Origin: Eledone cirrhosa | Lineage: Eukaryota | NCBI GenBank assembly: GCA_964016885.1 | Contig: OZ024740.1 | Coordinates: 379,378,001-379,442,000, forward strand | DNA: 64,000 bases | Reading direction: 5' to 3' | Shown here: piece by piece, positions 12,571 through 25,172 of the stretch | How positions within the stretch are numbered: position 1 is the first letter of the stretch | Layout: every line of letters begins with the position of its first letter | Notes under the pieces: generated by a model | The model's input: the letters and a program-made list of their open reading frames with translations, nothing else | Told to the model about the DNA's origin: nothing | The model's database searches: none | Made by a program: the position numbers and the translations under genes

Positions 12571-14033
12571 CGAACGTGTGCGTGCAGCAGTTCATAACTG
12601 CACGAATGCAAGCATGAGCAGATATATACGTGAATGTGTGTGCGGCCACGGAACCTTACTCAGAGGCATACAACACAATATAAAGACCTGGAGGGGAGGA
12701 AGGAAGGTAATAATGAAAGATGGAGGGGAGGAAAGAAGGTAATAATGAGAGATGGAGGGACGGAAGTGGGATGGGGGACGGGGGTGGGTGGTGATATGGG
12801 GGGGTCAATCGGGGGGCCGGGTGGGTCTGTAATTTTTGTAAATTGCATAGTTCTTGTGCATGCAATTAGGGGAGTGTTCCGAGATCTTGTTGAGGAGAGG
12901 GCCTTTGGCGAATAGAATCTCATAGCTCTCGGAGATACAGAGGTCACAGCAATTATGGCCTCCCGTGTAAGATCGCGCTCTCTGGAGTAGTCTCCATTGG
13001 GTCTTGAAGGGGATGGAGTTCCTTTTAAGGTGCAAGATGTGGGCGGCGAGTGTTGTTTGGTTAGATTTGTCTGGGCGCCGGAACGAATGTGTGTGGGCGT
13101 ACCAGCGAGTCTTAAAACTGTTAGAAGTCATCCCGATGTACGAGTTTCTTTTTTCATCGGGGCCTGAGAGTACATCGCATATATAGACGAGATCTTTTTT
13201 TAGACAGTTGTTGTTGAGGGGGCAAGTAGTCTTATCAGGGCAGTTGCAATTGCCATCGGTTGCTGGATGGGCTTCGGAAAAAGAAGACTTATTTAGCTTA
13301 TTGACGTTATTGTTGGCTAAGTTCCTAGCTAGATTAGGTGTGGTAGAGTAGGAGAGTCTGATGGTATTCTTATTAAGGATTGTATATTACCTATGTTGGG
13401 TGGGGAAGTGTTTTTGTAAGAGAGTGAAGAAAATTTTAGCTACAGGTATTGAAACTTCGCGGTTGAAGGGGGGGGGGGGTTGTACCAGCTAATGTGCCTT
13501 CGCCTATTCTTCCTGGGTGGGTGTGGGGCTATACTAAGGTAGGTGATCTTATCTCTAAAGCCGCTGCGGGCCAGGGCCTCGTTGTAATAGGGGGCTGCTG
13601 CTCTAAAGATATCTTCATAGGCGGCGAGGCTAGATATCCTAATGGAGACACTTTTCACTAGGTTGTTTAATATATTTTTGGGGTGGTTAGAATTAACGTC
13701 TATATATCTAAGGGATTCATTCGGTTTGTGGTACGGGTAGTAAAGGGAAGTTTCTAAGTCGAGGGTAACGTCTAGGAAGTTAGCTTTAGTTAAGTTCGAA
13801 TCTAAGGTAATCCTAAGGCCTAAGTTTTTAAAGAAGGTGTAAAGGTTTTTCCTGAACCCATCCGTAGTCCTGGGGTTGATTTTGTGGAGGGCAAAGAGGC
13901 CGTCATCTCGGTAGAGACCGCCGGAGAGGCCTGTGAAGAGGGTCTTCAACCTGTGGAGAAGGAACAGACCCACAAGGTCACTTATTTCAGCCGAGTCGCT
14001 AGCACCCATGCTAACGTCGAAGGGGGTTTCAGA
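12571..14033 (-). mobile_element. Penelope-like element (Naiad-like) remnant: RT C-half + GIY-YIG
   Basis: MGASDSAEISDLVG, GLYRDDGL, FLDVT, YHKPN, WYNPP (frameshift in poly-C at ~13468-13479; TAA at ~13387), CNCPDKTTCP (CxCx5C), LVY...YIG, CDLC..E, LLN; 5' end abuts (TA)n. Confidence 0.9.
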
Positions 14034-14891
14034 TTTTATATATATATATATATATATATATAACAAATTATAAAGTAAGAAGAAGTAATAGACAGATATT
14101 TACCTATTATTTCCTCAATGTCCCGACTGTACAGTTTCGCTGGTCAGTATGCAACAATTTTACATTATAGAGGGTGTAACATTGTTGCAAGGCAAACTAG
14201 CTTCTCAAGGAAACTCCTCAGGGAAAGAGCGTTTTCCAGACAGGTTCGTAGCGAGCGAGAAAATCTCAATAAGGTGGAGGGAGAGATTATGACGAGATAC
14301 ACCGGTCAAGAAGGGGACTAAATCCCTTGTAGCAGTGAAAAATATCTCAGAAGGCGGAGGGAGATATTGATACATGATACCGACGTTACAGATGGGTGGT
14401 AAGGTTGACTGAAAGTGGTTATAGTGTTTGCTTAAAAGCAGTTACTATACTTCCGTGGTTACTCGACCGTGTCGGAGTTTGAGCAATAATGAGAGGTACG
14501 CACATATATGTGCATACATACACATGTATATATACACATATATTTTTTCACAAGTGTGTTGTCGACCTTAACCAGTGTTGCTCTATGATTACGAGAGACA
14601 AAATAATCGAAATAATTATATTGACTCGATATCAGAGCGATCTAACAAATTATAAAGTAAGAAGTAATTATATATATATATATGTTGTGTGTGTATGTGT
14701 GTGTGTGTATGGCTGAATGGTTAGAGAATTGGATTCGCAATCGTGAGGTTGTGCGTTATTTCCTTGAGCAAGACACTTTATTTCACGTTGCTCTTTCTAG
14801 GTGGAGTTGCGACCGATAGATAATATTAGCAATTGGAAAGACCAATGGAAACATTGTTTCCTCGGTCTGATTTAACGAAAGTCGATCGTTC

Positions 14892-14946
<55 letters not shown>

Positions 14947-15489
14947 GGTGTCCCCCAAAAATGAATACACACTTTGATTACCTGTACAGTGAATATTTAT
15001 TAGAATGCTGTTGAAATGTGTATGCACCATGTATATATATATATATGTGTGTGTCTGTGTGTTCGTGTGTGTCTGTGTGCCCCACTGGGGAGTATTATAG
15101 ATTGAATATGCATAATCTTGGTTTCATTTAAATTAGGCGCTCAAAAAATCATTATATATATAAACCTAATAATATGACAGCAGAGCATGAAGAGAAAACT
15201 AAAGTATTTAAATTTTTTTTATATTACGAGATATTTGCCGTTAATTACGATGAACATTTCATATAGGCTGTGCAGATTAATATAATTTATTTCGTTTTGT
15301 TTATCAGCCATTGCTTTTGTTTGTAGTTCTTAGTCACTGGAGAATTGTTTGTGCTTCTAACTAACAGAACGATAATTTTAAATCAGGGTCAAAATACTTG
15401 GAACGTATTTATATAGGTATGAAAGAAAGTTTGTATATGTGTGTAAACATATACGAGTATACGTATGTATGTATGTATGTATTTTTGTA

Positions 15490-15633
15490 TAATTGTCACA
15501 AGTGTAGTCTTTGTATCAGAGTTTTCAAGTCGCTGGCTGGACTAAAAAGTCACACTTGTTCAGCGCATCGGTAGGGGTTCTCCTACATGGATATAAAGTA
15601 GTGGCCGTACTCGAAAACGAGTTGGCAGCCACC
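15490..15633 (+). mobile_element. 5'-truncated copy of the 18583-19186 retroposon
   Basis: Near-identical reverse complement of 18583-18726; ends gttggcagccacc + (ATGT)n. Confidence 0.75.
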
Positions 15634-15704
15634 ATGTATGTATTTATGCATGTATGTGTTTGTATGTATGTAAGTATTTTGTATGTATGTATGCATGTAT
15701 GTAT

Positions 15705-17556
15705 GTTCTTCTGGTTTTATAATTTTATAAATATTAACCAAGAGAGAAAATCGGTTTCTAACATAGATACAAGACTCTCTCATTGGAAGTTAAACATCAA
15801 CTAGGTAGATATGTATGCATGTCTGCATGCATGTGTGTAGAGGTATGGATGTTAATGTATGTGTGGATATGCATGTTTTGAGTTATATGTGTGCATGTGC
15901 ATATGCTTTGTATCTGTTCTTAGATGCAGAATTTTTTGGAATGTTTTACATATTTACTGTTCCATTAATGGATTGTACTTGTAATTTCCTAACTAGTCGT
16001 GTTCTTTCTATTTCTGTGGAGCCCAGCTTCTCAAGATCTGTACTGAGGCAGTTACACAACATATCCCGTCCCCCAATAATCACAGGAATAAATCTGAAGG
16101 TATAGTCAGGGTGGAGTATCTGCAGGATTCTCGTTAGTTCTGCATAGATATTCTCCTTTTCGCTGATCTTTAATATTATATTGGCATCAGCTGGGCAGCT
16201 AGCTTCCACTACTGTGCATGCCTTATTTTCCCTGTCCCATATCATTATATCTGGTCTGTTATGTTTGCATTTTATTGGGGTTTTGACTGTAACATTCCAC
16301 CAGTGCTCTTTCATATTATGTATATGTCTTCCACATTGCTGTAACTTTTAATGTGTTTATCGTCGGGGCTTTTCTACGGATTACATTGTACAGTGTTTTG
16401 TCCACTACATCATGCTTCATAGGTAGATAGTACCGTGGTGACATCTTTGGACAGCTGCTTAAGACAGGTGACATCTTCTATGTTAATTCTGCAGAGTCTG
16501 CACTTGTCACAGCTAGGTGTTTTGCCTGCATCCCTATCTCTTTTGTGAATCAGGTATTTTGTGTTGATTTCCTGTTCTTGGATTGCAAAAACATATCCTT
16601 CAAAGTGGGAGCCAATATAGTGGTTGTTGGTCCAAGATAGACTACTTTGTTCGTCTATATTACTCTCACTCTGGAGCTTCCTGACAACATATGACTTTTT
16701 GCTGAGAAACATGCAGCTTTTCGTCCAAAGATTCGATACAGTATTGTTTGGCGTGAGCTTTTGATTATCATGCAGCGAGAATCTTTCAATGAGTTACTTC
16801 CCAACTCTTATGATCTTATCTTTCTCACGACAGACATGCTCAGTAGATGGCCTCCTACGTTTGGAAGTTCGTAAATGTCGGAGGGATATGATGCGCATTC
16901 AAATGCTGTTTGGACTGAAGTTAGGCCTCTACCTCCCTGCTTAAGTTTCCAGTAGAAGCGGTCCATATCACTGTTGATGTGGAAATTTCCGGTGTTGTTT
17001 AGGATGTTTCGAGTTTCACATCAATTGTTCGGATTTCGTATATCGTCCAATTGAGTATTCCAAACGTTGGTGTTAGGACAGGCACAGCAAACACATTGTG
17101 AGCCACTGTTTTATTGTGCTCGGATGTAATATTCCCTTGTTACGCGTTCCTTATTACAGATACCATTATAGTATATGTTCTCATCTATCCCCAGGTATCT
17201 GTAGTAGTCCTCGTCAGATATCGGTGAAATGATTAGGCCTTTGATAAAAATGTTGCTAGATTGTGTTGCAGTTTTTCCCAGCTTTACATTCTTATATGAA
17301 CATTTATCTTGGCCAAACTCCATTCCTATATCCTTTGAGAATGTTTTAACCAGGTCAAGATTTTTCTTCATCCCATTTATATTCTTGGCATAGAGTTTCA
17401 GGTCATCCACAAAGAAATTATGGATTAAGTTCGTATTTCTGTCCTCCTCTGAGCCAATGATGTATCTTTCACATTTCTTGAACAGAAAAGACAAGGGGTA
17501 TAATGACAGGATACATAGTAGCACAGAGAGACGATCTCCTTGAAATATAGCCCTCT
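15705..17556 (-). mobile_element. R4/Dong-like RLE non-LTR retrotransposon, 5'-truncated, frameshifted
   Basis: IFQGD.LS, FVDDLKLYA, YRYLGI, CRLC, RPDI..VVE.SCP, KENIY; flanked on both sides by (TATG)n. Confidence 0.88.
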
Positions 17557-17571
17557 ATGTTTGTATGTATG

Positions 17572-17622
<51 letters not shown>

Positions 17623-17902
17623 GGGTTGGTAAAATTTATTAAACCTACTATGTCTTCAAAAAAGGTTGATTTTGCACAAATTTATGAATGAACTGCTAAT
17701 ATGGTTTTTGTGAGCGTAGGCATGCGTGTGCGTGTGTGTGTTTATGAATGTATGCAGTTATGTTTTAGTACGCAGAAGTTTTATTTTTCCTTGTATCTTA
17801 GAGGACACTTACTATGCCAATCATCTTTTTCATTGCTTACAGTCACGCCAAAATGTTACGCCATAATATCTTAAGAACATCTCCAATTTTATAATCTTTT
17901 AA

Positions 17903-18313
17903 GGCGGTAGATTGGTTGTATCGGTAGAGCATCGGACAATATGCTATAGTTACAGCTCTTTACGCCTTGAGTTCAAATCCCACCGAGGTTAGGTTTGCCT
18001 TTCATCCTTAGGGATCCATAAAATAGAATACTAGTAACTCACTGGGGTAGATTTTATCGACTTTCCCCGCTCCCAAAATTGTTGGCCTTGTTCCTAAATC
18101 AGAAACCATTATTATCATCAACACCAGTGAATTGGCAGTATCGGTAGAGGGTCGGACGCCATGCTTTCTAGCATAGTTACGGCCCTTTATCGTCTGAGTT
18201 CAAATCACGCCGAGGTTAACTTTGCCTTTCATCCTTACGGATTCGATAAAATAAAGTACCAGTAATGCACTGGGTAATTGCTGGCCTTGTGCCAGAAGTA
18301 GAAACAATTATTA
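17903..18313 (+). mobile_element. Two SINE A-related copies
   Basis: Older, longer variant at 17903-18110 and a younger copy at 18128-18313. Confidence 0.8.
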
Positions 18314-18582
18314 TCACCAACACCAGAATCATCGTGAGCATACGTAATATGATGGCAGTGACAATGATGAGGCTGCTCAGAATCCTTATTAATCTCATAG
18401 TATTGTCATCAGTGATGGTTTTCTATATTTTGCCATAGGAATGAGAAGGAAAGACAATAGTCACAATAAACTGCATACAATTCGATTCAATATAATATAA
18501 TACAATGTAACATGATGCCGTAGAAGCAAACAAAGAATTGTGTGTAACGTGTGTGTGTGTGTGTGTGTGTATGTACGTACGT

Positions 18583-19186
18583 GGTGGCTGCCAACTCGTT
18601 TTCGAGTACGGCCACTACTTTATATCCATGTAGTAGAACCCCTACCGATGCGCTGAACAAGTGTGACTTTTTAGTCCAGCCAGCGACTTGAAAACTCTGG
18701 TACAAACACTACACTTGTGACAATTATTGACATATAGTGCTGGGCCCATGGTACTATGTGACGACAAGTGCAGAGAGGTCTCCAGATATAAAGCAATGCC
18801 TGTGCCGTGAAGCTTTTATAGTGAGCAAAGGCACTGCACAAAGCCAGTCCCACTCTCTTAACCAAGATGATATTTACCAAAAAGAAGAACAAGTCAACAT
18901 CATTGGATACCATCAGGGTTGCAGGTGTTATATCAGAGTTTTCCTTCTCCTAGAATTCTGCCTTGACAAAGGCTAAGGGGTCATCTCTCCCGGTGATTTT
19001 GGATGGCCATTGACTCTTAAGAGCTCCTTTGCCCTTTGACAGGTTTTGTTTTTAGTCCTGCAGGATGTCCAAAGTCACCCTCTTCACCAAGAAACCTTGG
19101 TGGGGTTGCCAGTTTAGTCGCCAACGACCCGACCATGAGACAGGTTGTACTGGGATACATGTTACCAGTAGCACCAACTGGTGACC
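18583..19186 (-). mobile_element. ~600 bp non-coding retroposon, probable non-autonomous RTE derivative
   Basis: Contains ctaggagaaggaaaactctga, which resembles RTE 5' UTR motifs; no ORF; its 3' 144 bp recurs as a 5'-truncated copy at 15490-15633; ATGT-like tail. Confidence 0.6.
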
Positions 19187-19262
19187 ATACATACATACAT
19201 ACATACATACATACATACATACATACATACATACATACATACATACATACATACATACATAC

Positions 19263-20617
19263 ACACCGGAAACTTCCACATCAACAGTGACATAGACCGC
19301 CTTTACTTGAAACGTAAGCAGGGAGGCAGAGGCCTAACATCAGTCCAGACAACATTTGAATGTCGCATCATATCTCTCCGACAACATCTACGAACCTCGA
19401 AGCGTAGGAGCCCGCTTCTCGAGCAAGTCTATCTGCATGAAACAGATAAGATCATGAGAGTTGGGAAGGAACTCCTTGAGAGATATTCCCTGTGTGATAA
19501 TCAAAAACTCACACCCAGGGATGTCGCTCAGCAGTATCGCAGTGAATCCATGGATGAAAAACTGCATGCCTATCAGCAAAAAATCATGCATGGATATGTT
19601 GCCAGGAAGCTCCAGAGTGAGAGTAATATAGATAAGGAAAGTAGTCTATCTTGGACCAACAACCGCTATATTGGCTCCCACTTTGAAGGATATGCTTTTG
19701 CAATCCAAGAACAGGAGATTAGCACGAAATACCTGATTCACAAAAGAGATAGGGATGCAGGTAAAACACCTACATGTGATAACAAGTGCAGACTCTGCAG
19801 AACTAACATCGAGGATATCACCCATGTCATCAGCAGCTGCCCAAAGATGTCATCGCGGTACTATCTACCTATGAGGCATGATGTAGTGGCCAAAACACTG
19901 TACAATGCAGTTCGTAAAAAATATAACCCCGATAATAAACACATTAAAAGCTACAACAATGTGGAAGACATCCATGTACATAATATGAAAGAGTACTGGT
20001 GGAATGTTCCAGTAAAAACCCCAATAAAATGCAGGCATAACAGACCAGATATTATGATATGTAACAGGGAGAAGAAAACATGCACAGTAGTGGAAATTAG
20101 CTGCCCGGCAGATGCCAATATAATATCAAAGATTAGTGAAAAGGAGAATATTTATGCAGAACTGATGAGAAATCTGCAGATACTCCACCCTGATTACACC
20201 TTCAGATTTATGCCTGTAATTATTGGGGCACTGGGATATGTTAGTAACTGCCTCAATACAAATCTTGAGAAGCTAGGCTTCACAGGAACAGAAAGAACAC
20301 AACTAGTTAGGAAATTACAAGTACAATCCATTAATGGAACAGTAAAAATATGTAAAACATTCCAAAAATGTTGCATCTAATAACTGCATATACACATGTA
20401 CAGATACAAAGCATATACACATGCACACATACAACTCAAAACATACACATCCACACATACAATAACATCCATATCTACACATGCATGCATGCAGACATAC
20501 ATACATATCTACCTAGTTGATGTTGTGTAAATTCCAATGAGAGAGTCTTGTGTCTATGTTAGAAACCGACTCTCTCTCTATTGGTAAAACTTTGTGAAAT
20601 TATAAAACCAGAAGAAC
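19263..20617 (+). mobile_element. R4/Dong-like RLE non-LTR retrotransposon, 3' portion with open frame
   Basis: DRLYLKRKQGGRGL, AIQEQ, CRLC...HVISSC (CCHC), RHD, RPDI...VEISCP, KENIY; stop at 20380; preceded by (CATA)n. Confidence 0.92.
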
Positions 20618-20626
20618 ACACATTCA

Positions 20627-21073
20627 TGAAAAGGAGAATATTTATGCAGAACTGATGTGAAATCTGCAAATACTCCACCCTGATTACACCTTCAGATTTA
20701 TGCCTATGATTATTGGGGCACTGGGGTATGTTAGTAACTGCCTCAATACAAATCTTGAGAAGCTAGGGTTCACAGGAACAGAAAGAACACTAGTTAGGAA
20801 ATTACAAGTACGATCCATTAAAGGAAAGTAAAAATATGTAAAACATTCCAAAAATGTTGCATCTAATAACTGCATACAAAGCATATACACATGCACCTCA
20901 AAATATCCATATCCACACGTACAATAACATCCATCTCTACACATGCATGCATACATAATCTACCTAGTTGTGTAAATTCCAATGAGAGAGTCTTGTGTCT
21001 ATGTATGAAACCGACTCTCTCTCTATTGGAAAAAAATTTGAGAAATTATAAAACCAGAAGAACATACATACAT
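20627..21073 (+). mobile_element. Short third R4/Dong-like copy inserted at the tail of the previous copy
   Basis: Repeats ~20137-20617 with scattered differences; ends gaagaac + atacatacat. Confidence 0.85.
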
Positions 21074-21737
21074 AAGTAAAGGGAGACATTACTTGCCAAA
21101 GGTCGGAATCTAATGAAAGAAAGAATGACAAACTAATGAGTATGTCTTAGTCGCCATTGTTTAATAATGCTTAAAATAAATAGAAATAAGAAAATAAGAA
21201 ATTCTTGATAAAAATAACGCTTGCAGTGCAACAATGTTTTGTGTACGACATCGCTACTGAAATTAGGTAAGATGATGTGGTCTACAATGACGTGGCTTCA
21301 GTTCACTTCTACTGCTTAGTTTTTATGTTTGTATGTTTGGTTAACTCTTTGTTTTTAAATTAGAATATTTCTTCTTGATTTGCTCTGTTGTCCATTGAGT
21401 GATGCTTGTGAACATTCCAATCTTACATACTACATGTGCGAAAATATATTCCATCGCTTTTGCTATGCCTGTCATAAGGGCGCTAGAAGATAAGATCATT
21501 AGACAGCTGGACAAATAGGCTGTGGTATTTAGTTAGGCATCTAAATTCCTAACTAAATTGCTTTCAGGCTTTAGTTACGTTGTTCTAGGCGTCAAATATC
21601 TTTTACTGAGATACACTTTGCTTTTTGTCCATATGAGACATGCTTCGATTATGTCACTTCCCTGGTATTTCTAATGCTTTATTATCATCTGTATTACAAT
21701 AATCATTACTATTATATTTTCTATGTATCTATTATAG

Positions 21738-21841
21738 GGATTTCCATGTTTGGAATGAATCTTGGTTTAAACGCCCTGATTTACCTCCAGGTTATGATGG
21801 TTGGCAAGCATATGATGCTACCCCACAAGAAGTCAGTGAAG
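21738..21841 (+). CDS. Transglutaminase internal exon A (catalytic His and Asp)
   Basis: tag|g acceptor and g|gtaaat donor; translates (W)[34 protein letters not shown](G), the conserved TGase WNFHVW..E.W..RPDLP.G..GWQ..D.TPQE block. Confidence 0.95.
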
Positions 21842-22097
21842 GTAAATTTTCAACCTTTGTTGTTTTTTGTATTTTTCTTGAAAACTGTTCAAACTACTTC
21901 ATAAAATGCGATATATTTTCTTTAGACTTTGTTCTTTAAAAAAACAATAACGAGTTAAGGCTTCTACTGTTGTAGTTTTATAGACAACTATTAATAAACA
22001 CAAGATTGAATAATGTACCCTAAGTTTTTGTATACATATCTAAATAGAATAAGTAGATTAACTATTAATGTAGTCTACAAAGCAAGAATATTCTTCC

Positions 22098-23146
22098 TTT
22101 GTAGACCTCAAAAAAGCATATGACCGCGTGTCACGGGACCTGTTGTGGAAAATTCTGCATGAGTATGTGAACGATGGTCAGCTTCTTGTTGCCCTGATGT
22201 CTCTATACGAATGCCTGAGTATTTGTGTTCCGATAAATGGTACTAAATCGAAACCATTCAATGTGAGAGTCGGACACCGAAAAGGGTGCATACTGACACC
22301 TCTCCTGTTCATTATTTTCACGAATAGGATTGACATGCGCAGCCGGGTTGGAAGTGGTATCATGACTAGCAATTGTAGAATCATTCGGCTAGAATTTGCA
22401 GACGACATGATATTACTGAACTCGACAGAGGGTGATCGCCGACTTCCACTTGATAGGTTTGATGCCGAGGGCTGCATGACTGGAATGAAAATCAGTACTG
22501 CGAAAACCGAGGCACTCGTCCTTTCAAGGAAGCCTGCGAAGTGCACTCGACATGTGAATAGAGTTCCACTGAAGCAGGTGGAGCATTTCAAGTATCCTGG
22601 GGCCCTTGTTCACAAGTGATGGGAGGCAGGAGGCTGAATGATGTGCAAGACTTGCAGGAACTGATGCAGTAATGCGCCAACTTCAGCATTCGGTATCTAA
22701 AAGAAGGGAGATAGGTGTAAAAATCAAACTCACTATCTTCAAATCGGTATACATGCAAACCCTTACTATTAGTCATGACTCTTAGGTAATGACCGAAAAA
22801 ATACTATCGCGAATACAAGCGGCCGTTATGGGGTTCCCCTGAAGGGTTTTGGAGTAACATTACTCGATTTAGGCGTGGCCCAGAGATCAGAGAGTCGCTC
22901 CAGGTAGAGCCGCTACTTCTCCGAATTGAGAGATCACAGCTCCGATAATATAGACATTTGGTTAGAATATCTCAGGAAAGACTCGCTGGGCAGATTTTAC
23001 GAAACCAACTGACAGGAGACCCCGTGTTTGATTAATCTTCCCCCGGGACCCTCTCAGGAATAAGTGGGCGAAGAAGAAGAAGAAGAAGAAGAAGAAGAAG
23101 AAGAAGAAGAAGAAGAAGAAGAAGAAGAAGAAGAAGAAGAAGAAGA
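22098..23146 (+). mobile_element. Degraded 5'-truncated RTE LINE (Expander/Rex3-like), (GAA)n tail
   Basis: FVDLKKAYDRVSRDLLWKIL...G.RKGCILTPLLF...FADD...FKYPG; stops and frameshifts downstream; 3' end ccccgggaccc...aataagtgggc + (GAA)n. Confidence 0.85.
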
Positions 23147-23543
23147 AAACAACAACAACAACAACAACAGCAGCAGCAGCAGAGCTCGTTGTCTGAGTTG
23201 GTATTGCTCTCATTCTCATTCTTGTTTCCTAGGGTTGAGAAACTCTGTTGCGATATTATATCTCAGATTATTGATAGGGGGGGTTCATGATCCAAATCTT
23301 TCACTCCATCTTTCTATCATCTCTCCATCGCTGTAGTCCACATTTTTCTCCTAGCCTCCTCCTCCTCCTCCCCTCTCTTTTCCTTTAACTCCCTCTTTTC
23401 TCATAACTTTTCCCCCCTCTGCACACACACTCTCCGTTCGATTTGTGGTTATATCTTAACCCCAAAGATTTTACTATGCAAATAGTATAGAGCTGTTAAC
23501 GGCTAGTTTCTGCGCTGAGAATACTCAAATTTGACTATGGATA

Positions 23544-23579
<36 letters not shown>

Positions 23580-23779
23580 TATGTATACGTACATACATAT
23601 ATGTATACAGACGTACAGTAGTATGTATATACATACATACATGCACACATATACATGTACGTATGGATTTACCGAGCATTTATTATAATGCTCGGTTTGT
23701 TTGCAAACAAACATCCCGAATTAAGCCGTACAGTGTTTAGCAACCATTGTTGCCCTTTTATTCAACACTGACAAAGGAA

Positions 23780-23820
23780 CGATGTACTAGTTTCAATCTT
23801 ATTAGCTATCGTCAGCACCG
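23780..23820 (-). ncRNA. Minimal hammerhead fold (same family as 54768)
   Basis: cggtg-CTGACGA-tagctaataagatt-GAAA-ctag-TA-catcg; one stem II mismatch. Confidence 0.65.
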
Positions 23821-24244
23821 TATACCTTCCTGCCAGATGATTGAACGTCTGAAAATATATACTTTTCTTATGCATATTAACGGCTGAGCAGCCTAATTTG
23901 TATATCGAGTGAGTTAATCGGCCGGGCGCACCGAAAACGATAAATGGAAAAAATAATAAATGCTCGGTAAATCCATACGTACATATATATATGTGTGCAT
24001 GTATATATATATACATACTACTGTACTTCTGTATACATATATGTATGTACGTATACATATTTATATTTAAGTAACAGCCGAACTAAGAGTGATAAATGAA
24101 ATTTCGTTTCATTTTTTCTATTTATCGTTTTCGGTGCGCCCGGCCGATTAACCCACTCGATATGCAAATTAGGCTGCTCAGCCGTTAATATGCATAAGAA
24201 AAGTATATATTTTCAGACGTTCAATCATCTGGCAGGAAGGTATA

Positions 24245-24285
24245 CGGTGCTGACGATAGCTAATAAGGTTGAAACTATTACATCG
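24245..24285 (+). ncRNA. Mutated minimal hammerhead (inverted twin of 23780)
   Basis: cggtg-CTGACGA-...-GAAA-ctat-TA-catcg; stem III G>T and a stem II mismatch. Confidence 0.5.
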
Positions 24286-24487
24286 TTCCTTTGTCAGTGT
24301 TGAACAAAAGGGCAACGATGGTTGCTAAACACTGTTTGGCTTAATTCGGGATGTTTGTTTACAAACAAACCGAGCATTATAATAAATGCTCGGTAAATCC
24401 ATACGTACATATATATATGTGTGCAAGTATGTATATATATACATACTAGTGTACGTCTGTATACATATATGTATGTACGTATACATA

Positions 24488-24522
<35 letters not shown>

Positions 24523-25008
24523 CTGTTTGATAACGCCATACAGTCCGTGAATACTTTTTATATCTTTTATTGGAATCATAGTGACGAATTGGAACGTATA
24601 CTTCAGTATGTATTAAACAGAAACTTTAGACTCTAAACTTGATGAAAGCCATAAAATTGCTAATTAAACATTGTGACAAATTGATTGCTAAATTTATATA
24701 CATATAGTGAAGAAATGTGGTTCCAAAATATAGCTGGTTCTAGCGCCATCGAAACTAACCACTTGGTCTGTGTTTATATTACGCTGAAATAAATCAACTA
24801 AACTTTACCAGGTTTAATTATTAATGAGTTACAGGAATATAGCTATATCAATGGAAGTTTTTCAGTGAGTTACAAGTTTGTCTAATGGGGAATATAACAA
24901 ATCTTTCATGGTGCTTCAAGCCCATTCGACATGTGATCTATATTTAAACTATTGCAGTTTAGTAAATGTAAGGTACTGAGAGAGAACATATTTTAGATGA
25001 CTTTCACA

Positions 25009-25172
25009 ATAATTGTTTCTACTTCTGGCACAAGGCCAACAATTACCCAGTACATTACTGGTACTTTATTTTATCGTCCCGTAAGGATGAAAGGCAAAGT
25101 TAACCTTGACGGGATTTGAACTCAGACCGTAAAGGGACGTAACTATGCTGGAAAGCATGGTGTCCGACCCTC
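25009..25172 (-). mobile_element. SINE A, 5'-truncated, with TSD
   Basis: TSD tttcacaataat. Confidence 0.82.

Larger units (their letters stand above)
23570..24500. repeat. Inverted repeat pair carrying hammerheads, in a TGase intron
   Basis: 23577-23945 mirrors 24120-24492; a further family copy lies at 54759-54965. Confidence 0.9.

Noticed and set aside
12805-13470. Selenocysteine (in-frame TGA) as reported for some Naiad elements
   Set aside because: The Cys positions read here are TGC/TGT, and the one internal stop is TAA.
14943-14980. Tc1/mariner-like terminus tacagggtgtccc
   Set aside because: No matching second TIR or transposase nearby.
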